In this document: one piece after another, positions 37,874-47,335 of the stretch
Position numbering within the stretch: the first letter of the stretch is position 1
Layout of the letters: each line of letters begins with the position of its first letter
Assembly (NCBI GenBank): GCA_964446175.1
Contig: CAYUNM010000034.1
Span: forward strand, 15,115-79,114
From: an uncultured Kofleriaceae bacterium
GTDB taxonomy: Bacteria; Myxococcota_A; Polyangia; Haliangiales; Haliangiaceae
Reading direction: 5' to 3'
DNA length: 64,000 nucleotides
Made by a program: the position numbers and the translations under genes
The notes under the pieces: generated by a model
Seen by the model: the letters and a program-made list of their open reading frames with translations, nothing else
Told to the model about the DNA's origin: nothing
The model's database searches: none

Positions 37874-38848
37874 ATGATCCGCTCCACCCTGCTTGCCACG
37901 CTGGCACTCGCCGCGTGCGGCCGCTCGCAGGGCGTCGAGGATCGCGATCTCGGCGGGCTCGTCGTCGCGCCGACGCATGAAGACAAGCCGATCCAGCTCG
38001 ATCGCGCGGCCAAGGATCCCGCGGAGCTGGGGCGCGCGCTGTCGGTGCCAAAGCGGCAGGTCGACGCGGCGCTCGGTGTCCACACGGTTGCCATCTCGAC
38101 GCAGACGACCGTCGAGGAGGCCGGCAAGCCCGTCTCCGACCTCCGCGACCACACGACGATCGAGCTCGGCGAGGCGGGCGCGTACCACGGCGTCTACACG
38201 AACTCGGCGGACTACGGACGCGAGGTGATCTTCGTCGGCGGCCAGCTCTACCTCGAGCCGCGCTACCAGCGCTGGCACCAGCGCGCGCCCGAGTCGCCCG
38301 AGGAGCCCGCGCAGATCGAGGACGACATGTACGGCGCGATCGCGGCGACGTGGGATCTGCTCGCGCCGGGCGCCGAGCTGACCGACCAGGGGCCCGCACA
38401 GGTCGGCGGGCGCGCCGGCCGCAAGATCGCGGTGAAGCTGTCTCCGTCTCCGAAGAAGCCTCCCGCCGAGAAGCTCGCTCAGCGCAAGTGGCGCGAGAAG
38501 CGGACGATCGATGCCGTCTCCGGCGAGGTCATCCTCGACGCCGAGAAGGGCGTGCCGCTCTCCGTGAAGCTGACGGGCACCGTCGGGTTCACGCGCGACA
38601 ACCGCCGGTTCTCGATGAAGATCACGCTGCAGAGCGAGGTCTCCGGAATCGGCGTCGCCGCGGCGGTGAAGGCCCCTGCCCCCGAAGACACCGTCGCGAC
38701 GCCGGAGCGGCTGCGCGAGGTCGATGACCGCGATTTCCTGCTCCAGGGCATCGCCCCGCCGCTGCGCAAGAACCCCGACGGCTCGCCGGTGACGCCCGCT
38801 CCTGCGGCTCCCGCCGCCGCCGGTTCTGCGTCAAACTCGGCTAAATGA
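37874..38848 (+). CDS. Lipoprotein, unknown function (324 aa)
   Basis: ATG at 37874. Lipobox LATLALAAC. No family recognised. Divergent from pilD. Confidence 0.6.
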   Translation: MIRSTLLATLALAACGRSQGVEDRDLGGLVVAPTHEDKPIQLDRAAKDPAELGRALSVPKRQVDAALGVHTVAISTQTTVEEAGKPVSDLRDHTTIELGEAGAYHGVYTNSADYGREVIFVGGQLYLEPRYQRWHQRAPESPEEPAQIEDDMYGAIAATWDLLAPGAELTDQGPAQVGGRAGRKIAVKLSPSPKKPPAEKLAQRKWREKRTIDAVSGEVILDAEKGVPLSVKLTGTVGFTRDNRRFSMKITLQSEVSGIGVAAAVKAPAPEDTVATPERLREVDDRDFLLQGIAPPLRKNPDGSPVTPAPAAPAAAGSASNSAK

Positions 38849-39636
38849 CCGCGCTCGTCCAGCGCCGCGACTACCTCGAAGGCCAGCGCCGCACGATCAT
38901 CGCGCGCGCGCTGCTCGGGAGCCTCGCCGGGACGATTCCGCTGCCGTTCGTCGACGACTGGGCGATCGAGCGCATCCTCGGCGGCGGCTACCGCCGGATC
39001 GCGGCCGCGCACCACGTCGATCTGACCGACGAGGCCGTCGCGGCGCTCGTCCACGGGCCGGGCAAGGCGCCGTCGATCACGGAGATGGCGGCCGGCGGCA
39101 TCCTGATGCGCGTCGCCGGCCGCGCGGCGAAGAAGATGATGGTCGCGCTCGCGACGATCAACCGCGCGCGCTCGGCGGCCCGCACGTTCACGGCGATGAC
39201 GCTGTTCGATCACTACTGCGCGAAGCTCCACCGCGGCCTCGCGCTCGATGCGCCCACCGCGCTCGCGCTCCGCGAGGAGATCGCGCGCTCGATCGACAAC
39301 ACGCCCGGCGCGCTCGTCTTCCATCCGTTCCGCCGCGGCGTGCTCGCGGCCGCTCGCGCGACGGTCAAGGCGCCGCTCGAGCTCGCCGACCTCGCGACCG
39401 GAGGCCGCGTGCGCAAGCTGCTCGCGAGCAAGAACGACGTGCACGATCCCGAGCACGTCGGCGACCTCGAGCAGGTGATGGATGCCGCGCTCGCGGATAA
39501 AGACGGGTTCCTCGCGCGCACGGTGACCGCCGTCGAGGTCCAGCTGTCGAGCGAGGTCAACCCGTACCTCGATGCCGCGCTCGACTCGCTCGATCGCCGG
39601 TGGCGCGCGCGGATCGCGGCAGGCGTCGTGAAATGA
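38845..39636 (+). CDS. Hypothetical protein (263 aa), weakly DUF697-like N-terminus
   Basis: ATGA overlap with the upstream gene. IIARALLGSLAGTIPLPFVDDWAIERILGGGYRRIAAAH resembles the DUF697 pattern (low confidence). High GC3. Confidence 0.55.
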   Translation: MTALVQRRDYLEGQRRTIIARALLGSLAGTIPLPFVDDWAIERILGGGYRRIAAAHHVDLTDEAVAALVHGPGKAPSITEMAAGGILMRVAGRAAKKMMVALATINRARSAARTFTAMTLFDHYCAKLHRGLALDAPTALALREEIARSIDNTPGALVFHPFRRGVLAAARATVKAPLELADLATGGRVRKLLASKNDVHDPEHVGDLEQVMDAALADKDGFLARTVTAVEVQLSSEVNPYLDAALDSLDRRWRARIAAGVVK

Positions 39637-39712
39637 GGAGAGCAAACGAAGTTTGCGGGGTGTCGGGGCTGGGTGGGCTTGCATCACGGGCCGAGCGAAG
39701 CGAGGACCCGGG
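39637..39712 (+). promoter_or_regulatory. 76-nt structured intercistronic element, copy B (immediately upstream of proB)
   Basis: GGAGAGCAAACGAAGTTTGCGGGGTGTCGGGGCTGGGTGGGCTTGCATCACGGGCCGAGCGAAGCGAGGACCCGGG between TGA (39634-39636) and ATG (39713). Confidence 0.8.
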
Positions 39713-40800
39713 ATGACGGAGCGCGAGCAGCTACGCGCGAGCAAGCGCGTCGTCATCAAGATCGGCAGCCGGCTGCTCGCGGAGGCGCCCGCGAGCCGGC
39801 CCGCCGTGATCGCGGACCAGATCGTCGCGCTGCGTGCGAAGGGTATCGAGGTGCTCGTCGTGTCGTCGGGCGCGATCGCGCTCGGCATGCGGCGCCTCGG
39901 TCTCGCGGCGCGGCCGACGGAGATGCCGGCACTCCAGGCGGCCGCCGCCGTCGGGCAGTCGCGGCTGATGCAGCACTGGGAGCACGCGTTCGGCGCGCAC
40001 GAGGTCGAGATCGGGCAGGTCCTGCTGACGCACGACGACCTCGGGGATCGCCGGCGCTTCCTCTCGGCGCGGCTGACGCTGCGCGCGCTGCTCGATGCGC
40101 AGTGCGTGCCGATCATCAACGAGAACGACACGGTCGCGACCGAGGAGATCAAGTTCGGCGATAACGATCAGCTCGCCGCGCTCGTCTGCAACCTCGTCAG
40201 CGCGGACTGCCTCGTGATCCTCACCGACGTCGAGGGCGTGCGCGGCGCGGACGGCGTGCGGATGCCGATCGTGCGCGACATCGATCGCGAGGCGGTGCCC
40301 GTCGCGGGCGGCTCGACGAGCGGCGTCGGCTCGGGCGGCATGGCGAGCAAGGTCGGATCCGCGCGCATCGTCACGCGGACCGGCGTCGCGGCCGTGGTCG
40401 CCCCGGGGCGCGAGCCCGACGTGCTCGTGCGCGTGCTCGCCGGCGACGACCTCGGCACGCTGTTCGTGCCGGCGAGCAAGCTGTCGAGCCGCAAGCACTG
40501 GATCGCCTACGGCGCGAAGCCCGCCGGCAAGCTGACGATCGACGACGGCGCGGCTCGCGCGCTGCGCGACGGCGGCAAGTCCCTGCTCCCGGCCGGCATC
40601 GTTTCGGTCGACGGGGACTTCGAGCTCGGCGACACCGTGTCGATCCTGACTCGCGACGGTCACGAATTCGCCCGTGGTCTCGCGGCCTACGGTGGGGCGG
40701 ATCTGCGCAAGATCCAGGGCTTGCAATCCGCCGGCATCGAGGCCAGGCTGGGATACAAAGGCATCGACGAAGCAATCCACCGGGATGATCTCGTGATCTT

Positions 40801-40804
<4 letters not shown>
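39713..40804 (+). CDS. proB: Glutamate 5-kinase
   Basis: KRVVIKIGSRLL, VLVVSSGAIALG, NENDTV, and a C-terminal PUA domain. Confidence 0.93.
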
Positions 40805-42054
<1,250 letters not shown>

Positions 42055-42073
42055 GAGGGAGAGACGACAGGGA

Positions 42074-42559
42074 ATGACCAAAGCGAAGAAGCACGCCCCG
42101 CCCCAACCGCCCAAAGCGCGCGGCCGCGCCAACGAGACGCCCGACGCGACGCAGACGTCGACCGAAGGCCTCGACGGTGCGATGCGCGCGCTCGCGATCG
42201 CGCTGGACAAGAAGGCCCTCGAGCCGATCCTGCTCGACGTCCGCCAGCTGTGCTCGTTCTGCAACTACCAGCTGGTGCTGTCGGGCCGCTCGGACCGCCA
42301 GGTCGACGCGATCGCCGACGGCATCGAGCTCGCGCTCAAGCAAGAAGGCTTGCGCCCGATCTCGACGGAAGGCGCGCGCAGCGGCCAGTGGGCACTGCTC
42401 GACTACGGCGACTTCGTCGTGCACGTGTTCCTGCACTCGGCGCGCGAGCACTACGATCTCGAAGGCCTGTGGAACGATGCGCCGCGCGTGCCGATCGACG
42501 TGCCCGCCGAGGCGCGCGTGCCGGTCGACGATCAGTACGACGCGTCGTTCGTCTCGTGA
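42074..42559 (+). CDS. rsfS: Ribosome silencing factor RsfS (iojap-like) with an N-terminal basic extension
   Basis: ILLDVRQLCSFCNYQLVLSGRSDRQVDAIADGI...WALLDYGDFVVHVFLHSAREHYDLEGLW. Confidence 0.88.
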   Translation: MTKAKKHAPPQPPKARGRANETPDATQTSTEGLDGAMRALAIALDKKALEPILLDVRQLCSFCNYQLVLSGRSDRQVDAIADGIELALKQEGLRPISTEGARSGQWALLDYGDFVVHVFLHSAREHYDLEGLWNDAPRVPIDVPAEARVPVDDQYDASFVS

Positions 42560-42635
42560 GGAGAGCAACCGAAGGTTGCGGGGTGTTGGGGTTGGGTGGG
42601 CTTGCACAACGGGCCGAGCGAAGCGAGGACCCGGA
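42560..42635 (+). promoter_or_regulatory. 76-nt structured intercistronic element, copy C (between rsfS and rlmH)
   Basis: GGAGAGCAACCGAAGGTTGCGGGGTGTTGGGGTTGGGTGGGCTTGCACAACGGGCCGAGCGAAGCGAGGACCCGGA between TGA (42557-42559) and GTG (42636). Confidence 0.8.
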
Positions 42636-43064
42636 GTGAAGATCTTCGTGGCGGCCATCGGCCGCCTCAAAGAACAGTACCTGCACGCGGCGGAGGCCGA
42701 GTACACCAAGCGTCTCCGCCCGTACTGCACGCTGAAGGTCGACGAGCACGAGTCGGAGGCCGCGCTGCTGAAGTCTCTCCCCGGCACCGCGCACCTCTAC
42801 GCGTTCGACGAGCGCGGCGAGCAGCTCTCGTCGCAGCAGTTCGCCGAGCTGCTAGCCGCCGAGGCCTCGCACGGCGGCGGCGCGCCCGTCGTGTTCGCGA
42901 TCGGCGGCGCCGACGGCCACAGCGACGAGCTACGCAAGCGCGCGCGCAAGCTGATCGCGTTCGGCCGGCTGACGATCGCGCACCGCCTCGTACGGATCCT
43001 CGTGCTCGAGCAGGTCTATCGCGGCTTCAAGATCCTCAAGGGCGAGCCGTATCACCGCGAGTGA
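42636..43064 (+). CDS. rlmH: 23S rRNA (pseudouridine1915-N3)-methyltransferase
   Basis: GTG start giving (M)KIFVAAIGRLKEQYL...FAIGGADGHSDELRKRA...LTIAHRLVRILVLEQVYRGFKILKGEPYH, a SPOUT/RlmH pattern. Confidence 0.88.
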   Translation: MKIFVAAIGRLKEQYLHAAEAEYTKRLRPYCTLKVDEHESEAALLKSLPGTAHLYAFDERGEQLSSQQFAELLAAEASHGGGAPVVFAIGGADGHSDELRKRARKLIAFGRLTIAHRLVRILVLEQVYRGFKILKGEPYHRE

Positions 43065-43522
43065 GCCTTCTTGGCGCGGTCCATCTCGCGCTTGTCGTCG
43101 GCTTCCTTCTTCGACTGCCGCTTGTCGTGCATCTTCTTGTGCGTGACGAGCGCGAGCTCCGCCTTCACGCGGTGGCCCTTGAAGTAGAGCGACAGCGGGA
43201 TCAGCGTGAAGCCCTTCTGCGTGACCTTCGTCGTGAGCTTGTCGATCTCGTGCTTGTGGAGCAGCAGCTTGCGCACGCGCTCGATGTCGTGACCCCAGCG
43301 GTTCGCCTGCGAGTACTCGTTGATCTGCACCTTGTGCAGGTACGCCTGACCCTTGCGGAACTCGACGAAGCCGTCCGAGATCACGACGCGCGCGTCGCGC
43401 AGCGACTTGACCTCCGAGCCGACGAGCTGCACGCCCGCCTCGATCCGCTCGTGGATCGTGAAGTCATGCGTCGCCTTGCGGTTCGTCGCGATGACCTTGA
43501 TCGGCTCGGCTTTCTTCTCCAC
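43052..43522 (-). CDS. smpB: SsrA-binding protein
   Basis: IATNRKATHDFTIHERIEAGVQLVGSEVKSLR...LLLHKHEIDKL...GFTLIPLSLYF. GTG start at 43522 (alternative at 43531). Confidence 0.9.
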   Translation of the reverse strand: MEKKAEPIKVIATNRKATHDFTIHERIEAGVQLVGSEVKSLRDARVVISDGFVEFRKGQAYLHKVQINEYSQANRWGHDIERVRKLLLHKHEIDKLTTKVTQKGFTLIPLSLYFKGHRVKAELALVTHKKMHDKRQSKKEADDKREMDRAKKAHSR

Positions 43523-43524
43523 TG

Positions 43525-43947
43525 CTACCACTCGCCGACGTTCGGCATCGTCGTCCAGGGCTCGGCGGGCGCGCGCGCCTCGCCCTTCTGGAGCAGCTCG
43601 ACCGAGATCAGGTCCGGAGACCGGACGAACGCCATGTGGCCGTCGCGCGGAGGGCGCGAGATCGTGTAGCCGAGATCGATGAAGCGCTGGCACGCGGCAT
43701 AGATGTCGTCGACCTCGTAGGCGACGTGACCGAAATTGCGGCCGTGCGTGTACGGATCGGTCTGGTCCCAGTTGTGCGTGAGCTCGATCTGCGGCGAATC
43801 ACCTTCGCGCTCGCCGAGAAACACGAGCGTGAAGCGGCCCTTCTCGTTGTCGCGGCGGCGGATCTCGCGCAGGCCGAGGCCCTCGCAGAAGAAGCGCAGC
43901 GCGGCCGGCAGGTCGCGGACGCGAACCATCGTGTGCAGGTAGCGCAT
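43525..43947 (-). CDS. gloA: Lactoylglutathione lyase (glyoxalase I)
   Basis: [13 protein letters not shown]...IELTHNW...[18 protein letters not shown]...[18 protein letters not shown]. Confidence 0.88.
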   Translation of the reverse strand: MRYLHTMVRVRDLPAALRFFCEGLGLREIRRRDNEKGRFTLVFLGEREGDSPQIELTHNWDQTDPYTHGRNFGHVAYEVDDIYAACQRFIDLGYTISRPPRDGHMAFVRSPDLISVELLQKGEARAPAEPWTTMPNVGEW

Positions 43948-43982
43948 GGCGTGTGGGTAGCACCTTTGGCTATGCTCGCGCC

Positions 43983-44387
43983 ATGAGCGAGCCCGCCGTC
44001 CTCGTCAATTTCCGCCTCGACAAGGAGTCGCCGCTGCGGTTCCGCTGGCTCGCGACGGACGGCGTTCCCGGCGACGGCTACAAGGCCCAGATCACGGCGA
44101 TCAAGCTCGCGGGCGGCGGCGTGCTCGAGATGGACGGCAGCTCGATCGTGGAGCAGACCGCACCGGATGCGGCGGGCGGGCTCGGCGCGTACCTGCTGAC
44201 GTTCTCGGGGATGATCGGCTACGCGTCGGATCATCCGCACCGCAAGCAGATCGACAAGCTCGATGATCAGCAGGTCGAGTACGATCTCGCGTTCGTGCAC
44301 GACGACTCGGGGCGCGTCGCGATCGAGAACGAGGACTACAAGATCGTCGACCGGCCGCGCGGCTGGCTGCGCAAGCTGTCCAAGTGA
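43983..44387 (+). CDS. Hypothetical protein (134 aa; the ORF is open from 43953)
   Basis: High GC3 and a GTGA overlap with the downstream methyltransferase. No family recognised. Confidence 0.5.
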   Translation: MSEPAVLVNFRLDKESPLRFRWLATDGVPGDGYKAQITAIKLAGGGVLEMDGSSIVEQTAPDAAGGLGAYLLTFSGMIGYASDHPHRKQIDKLDDQQVEYDLAFVHDDSGRVAIENEDYKIVDRPRGWLRKLSK

Positions 44388-45256
44388 AGGACGAGTCGCC
44401 AAGCCGCACGGCAGCGTGGGTCGCCGCGGCGCGCCAGATGGCGCAGCTGCTGCCGCCCGAAGCGCAGCTCGTCCGCGATCCGTACGGCGCCGCGTTCTCG
44501 TATCCCCGGCTGCGCGCGCGGATCGAGCGCCTCAAGCCGCTCGCCGAGACGCGCATGTTCAAGCAGTGGATCCTCTACATGCAGGTGCGCACGCGCGTGA
44601 TCGACGATGCGCTGCGCGCCTGGGTCGCCGGCGGCGGGCGTCAGCTCGTGCTGCTCGGCGCGGGGTACGACACGCGCGCGCTGCGCCTGCCGGAGCTCGC
44701 CGACGCCACGATCTTCGAGGTCGATCACCCCGCGACCCAGCGCCACAAGCAGGGCGTGCTCGCGCAGCTGCACGCCGAGTCGCCGAGCCGCTACGTGACG
44801 TGGGACTTCGAGACGCGCGCGATGGACGACCTGCCCGACGTGCTCGAGGAGGCCGGCCTCGATCGTACGAGACCCGTCTTCACGATCTGGGAAGGCGTCA
44901 CGATGTACCTGACCGATGCGGCGATCGATGCGTCGTTGCGTGCGATCCGTGCGTGGAGCCCGCAAGGCTCGCGGCTCGCGATGACCTACTTCACGAAGTC
45001 GCGCATCGAGCAGCCCACGCTCGCGACACGCGCGCTCAAGGCGATCGTCGCGACGTTCGGCGAGCCCTGGCGGTTTGGCTGGGTGCCCGATCAGCTGCCG
45101 GAGTATCTCGAGGCGCGCGGCTTTCGTCTCGAGCAGGACATCGCGCTCGCGGATGCCGCACGCGAGCTGCTTCCGCCCGCCTACGCGTCGCTCGTAGCGC
45201 GCCAGGATCGCCATTTTTCGCTCGCCGCGCCCGAGGCCATCGGCCTCGCGAGCTGA
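44384..45256 (+). CDS. Class I SAM-dependent methyltransferase, leucine carboxyl / O-methyltransferase (TIGR00027-like) family
   Basis: SRTAAWVAAARQ N-terminus, VLLGAGYDTRALRL SAM-binding loop, FEVDHPATQ. Confidence 0.78.
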   Translation: MKDESPSRTAAWVAAARQMAQLLPPEAQLVRDPYGAAFSYPRLRARIERLKPLAETRMFKQWILYMQVRTRVIDDALRAWVAGGGRQLVLLGAGYDTRALRLPELADATIFEVDHPATQRHKQGVLAQLHAESPSRYVTWDFETRAMDDLPDVLEEAGLDRTRPVFTIWEGVTMYLTDAAIDASLRAIRAWSPQGSRLAMTYFTKSRIEQPTLATRALKAIVATFGEPWRFGWVPDQLPEYLEARGFRLEQDIALADAARELLPPAYASLVARQDRHFSLAAPEAIGLAS

Positions 45257-45353
45257 GCGCAGTTTTTCCGTGCGCTTGCGCACGTGCGCTTAACCTTTCG
45301 CACACTGGCGGAGGTCTTTAGCGGGGTTACACTGAGAGCAAAGGAGAGCTCCG

Positions 45354-45887
45354 ATGAAACGATTCCTGCTACCTGCCATGTTGCTGGGCGCCCTCGCGGC
45401 AGCCGGCTGCTACAGCGAGGAACCGGGCGTCGCCTATTCGGCTTCGTATGGCTACGCCGGTCCCGACATGGCTTATGTCGCTCCCGGCGTCGAAGTGGTC
45501 GCTGATTACGACTATCCCGTCTTCTACTCCGACGGCTTCTACTGGCGATACGACGCCGGCTACTGGTACCGCTCGCCCTACTGGGATCGCGGCTGGATCG
45601 GCGTGAGCACGGTCCCGTACGGGATCCGCTCCGTCCGCGATCCGTGGATCTACTCGCACTATCGCGCCGGCGCGACGTGGAACGGCAGCCGCTGGGAAGG
45701 CGGCCGCGCGGTCTCGTACGGCCGCGGCCCCGTCGTACGCGATCACCGCGGCTACGACGGCGGCTATCGCGCTCAGCCCGCGTACCGCCCGGCACCGGCC
45801 TACCGCCCGGCACCGACCTATCGCTCCGCGCCGGTCTACCGCGGCGCGCCGGCGCGCGGTCCCGTGATCCGCGACCACCGTCGTTGA
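45354..45887 (+). CDS. Tyr/Trp/Arg-rich lipoprotein with C-terminal hexapeptide repeats
   Basis: SD AAGGAG before the ATG. Lipobox LAAAGC. 22 Tyr in the 177-aa ORF. xYRxAP repeats near the C-terminus. Confidence 0.65.
   Translation: MKRFLLPAMLLGALAAAGCYSEEPGVAYSASYGYAGPDMAYVAPGVEVVADYDYPVFYSDGFYWRYDAGYWYRSPYWDRGWIGVSTVPYGIRSVRDPWIYSHYRAGATWNGSRWEGGRAVSYGRGPVVRDHRGYDGGYRAQPAYRPAPAYRPAPTYRSAPVYRGAPARGPVIRDHRR
45762..45851 (+). repeat. Five tandem 18-nt (hexapeptide x-Y-R-x-x-P) repeats inside the lipoprotein CDS
   Basis: GYRAQP / AYRPAP / AYRPAP / TYRSAP / VYRGAP read in frame from 45762. Confidence 0.85.
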
Positions 45888-45916
45888 GAGCACGCGCCTC
45901 GCGCCAGCCCCGCCCC

Positions 45917-47335
45917 ATGCATCATGGGCTGGGGTTCCTGCTCCCACGCGAGCCCGATCCGACGACGCGCGGGCCGGGTCTTGTCGTTCTCGCACTCGCC
46001 GTCAGCGCCTGCGCGAGCTCGTCGCCCGCGTGGCCGCCGGCGCGAGCGCCGCATCGCGAGCGCGCGAGCGGGCCGATGCACGACCCCGACCTGCGGCGCG
46101 GCGAGTTGCCCTCGGCGCAGACGCGCAAGCACGAGCTCGCCGCGATCCGCGACGCCCTCGACAAGATGTACGCGCATCGCCAGGACAAGGAAGAGCGCTA
46201 CCACATCGACGAGGACGCGCTGTTCGGCCGCGGCGAAGACGCGCTGCTCGCCGCGCGCACGTGGCAGGACTACGATGCCGCGATCTACGGCACGCTCGCC
46301 GCATTCCACGACAGCCACCTCGTCTATCACCCGCCGCAGGAAGCGGCGCCGGCGCGCGGCTACACGAGCTTTCGCCTCGGGCTGACGACGGTGCTCGCGC
46401 AGGGCCGGATGCTCGTGCAGACGAGCGAGCTCGCGGGTGTCGCGCCCGGAGACGAGGTGCTCGCGATCGACGGCAAGGCCGTCGCGGCGGTGCTCGCCGA
46501 TGCGATCGCCGCGCGCGCGGTCTCGCGGCCCGAGGCGGCGATGGCGGCATTCGCGAAGACGTGGACGAGCGTGCTGTATCCGAAGGGAGACGCGCCGCGG
46601 AAGCGCCGCATCAAGACGCGCGACCGCGCCGGCGTCGAGCACGACATCGCGATCGAGCCGCACGAGGCGCACGGCAAGCACGAGGTCGTCGGCGTCGAGG
46701 CGCGCGGCGATGTCGCGGTCGTCTCGATCAAGTCGCTCGAGGGAGGCAAGGCGCGCGCAAAGGCGATCGACGAGACGCTCGAGAAGGCGCGCACGCAGAA
46801 GGGCATCGTGATCGATCTGCGCGGCGATCGCGGCGGCGTCGATCAGGTCGGCTATCGCATCGTCGCCGACCTCGCCGAGGGCCGGGCGCACCTCGGCACC
46901 GCGAGGATCCTCGCCGCCGAGGAGACGCTCGCCCGGCGCCCGAGCTGGAAGAAGCTCGCGGTCGGCGCCGACGGCTGGGCGACACTCGACCTGACCGTCG
47001 ACGCCCTGCCCGCCCGCTATCCGGGCCGCGTCGCGGTGCTCGTCGATGCAGGCTGCGTGTCGACGTGCGAGGTTGTCGCGGCGGCGCTGCGCGCGGACCT
47101 CGGCGCGGTGCTCGTCGGCGAGACGACCGGCGGCTCGAGCGGCGCGCCGGTCGAGGTCACGCTCGCGTCGCACGCGACGGTCGCGATCCCGACGTGGAAC
47201 CTCGTCTCCGCCGAGGGCAAGCCGATCGAGGGCGACGGCGTGGTGCCCGATGTCGCCGTCGAGCACACGGCGGATGCGCTCGCGACCGGCCGCGACCTGC
47301 CGCTCGAGACGGCGCTGGCTAGAGCGGCGCCGTGA
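45917..47335 (+). CDS. S41 family (tail-specific / C-terminal processing) peptidase lipoprotein
   Basis: Lipobox LAVSAC. GIVIDLRGDRGG and VLVDAGCVSTCEVVAAAL...VGETTGG resemble the S41 catalytic region. ATG at 45917. Confidence 0.72.
   Translation: MHHGLGFLLPREPDPTTRGPGLVVLALAVSACASSSPAWPPARAPHRERASGPMHDPDLRRGELPSAQTRKHELAAIRDALDKMYAHRQDKEERYHIDEDALFGRGEDALLAARTWQDYDAAIYGTLAAFHDSHLVYHPPQEAAPARGYTSFRLGLTTVLAQGRMLVQTSELAGVAPGDEVLAIDGKAVAAVLADAIAARAVSRPEAAMAAFAKTWTSVLYPKGDAPRKRRIKTRDRAGVEHDIAIEPHEAHGKHEVVGVEARGDVAVVSIKSLEGGKARAKAIDETLEKARTQKGIVIDLRGDRGGVDQVGYRIVADLAEGRAHLGTARILAAEETLARRPSWKKLAVGADGWATLDLTVDALPARYPGRVAVLVDAGCVSTCEVVAAALRADLGAVLVGETTGGSSGAPVEVTLASHATVAIPTWNLVSAEGKPIEGDGVVPDVAVEHTADALATGRDLPLETALARAAP

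Noticed and set aside
39653-39712. A conserved peptide-like translation across the three 76-nt elements (RGVG.GWAC..GRA.RGPG) that could be read as a small conserved ORF or an N-terminal extension of Hsp70, ProB and RlmH.
   Set aside because: Conservation is at the nucleotide level. The substitutions are paired stem changes and loop changes, not synonymous-site changes. The family-typical N-termini begin at the ATG/GTG after the element, and the only good SD lies inside the element.
43052-43990. Looked for a tmRNA (ssrA) gene next to smpB, and for tRNA genes in all gaps longer than 60 nt.
   Set aside because: No tRNA-like acceptor/T-arm (GGTTCGAATCC-type) sequence and no tag-reading-frame context was seen. 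smpB is flanked directly by gloA and the convergent rlmH, with no free space.
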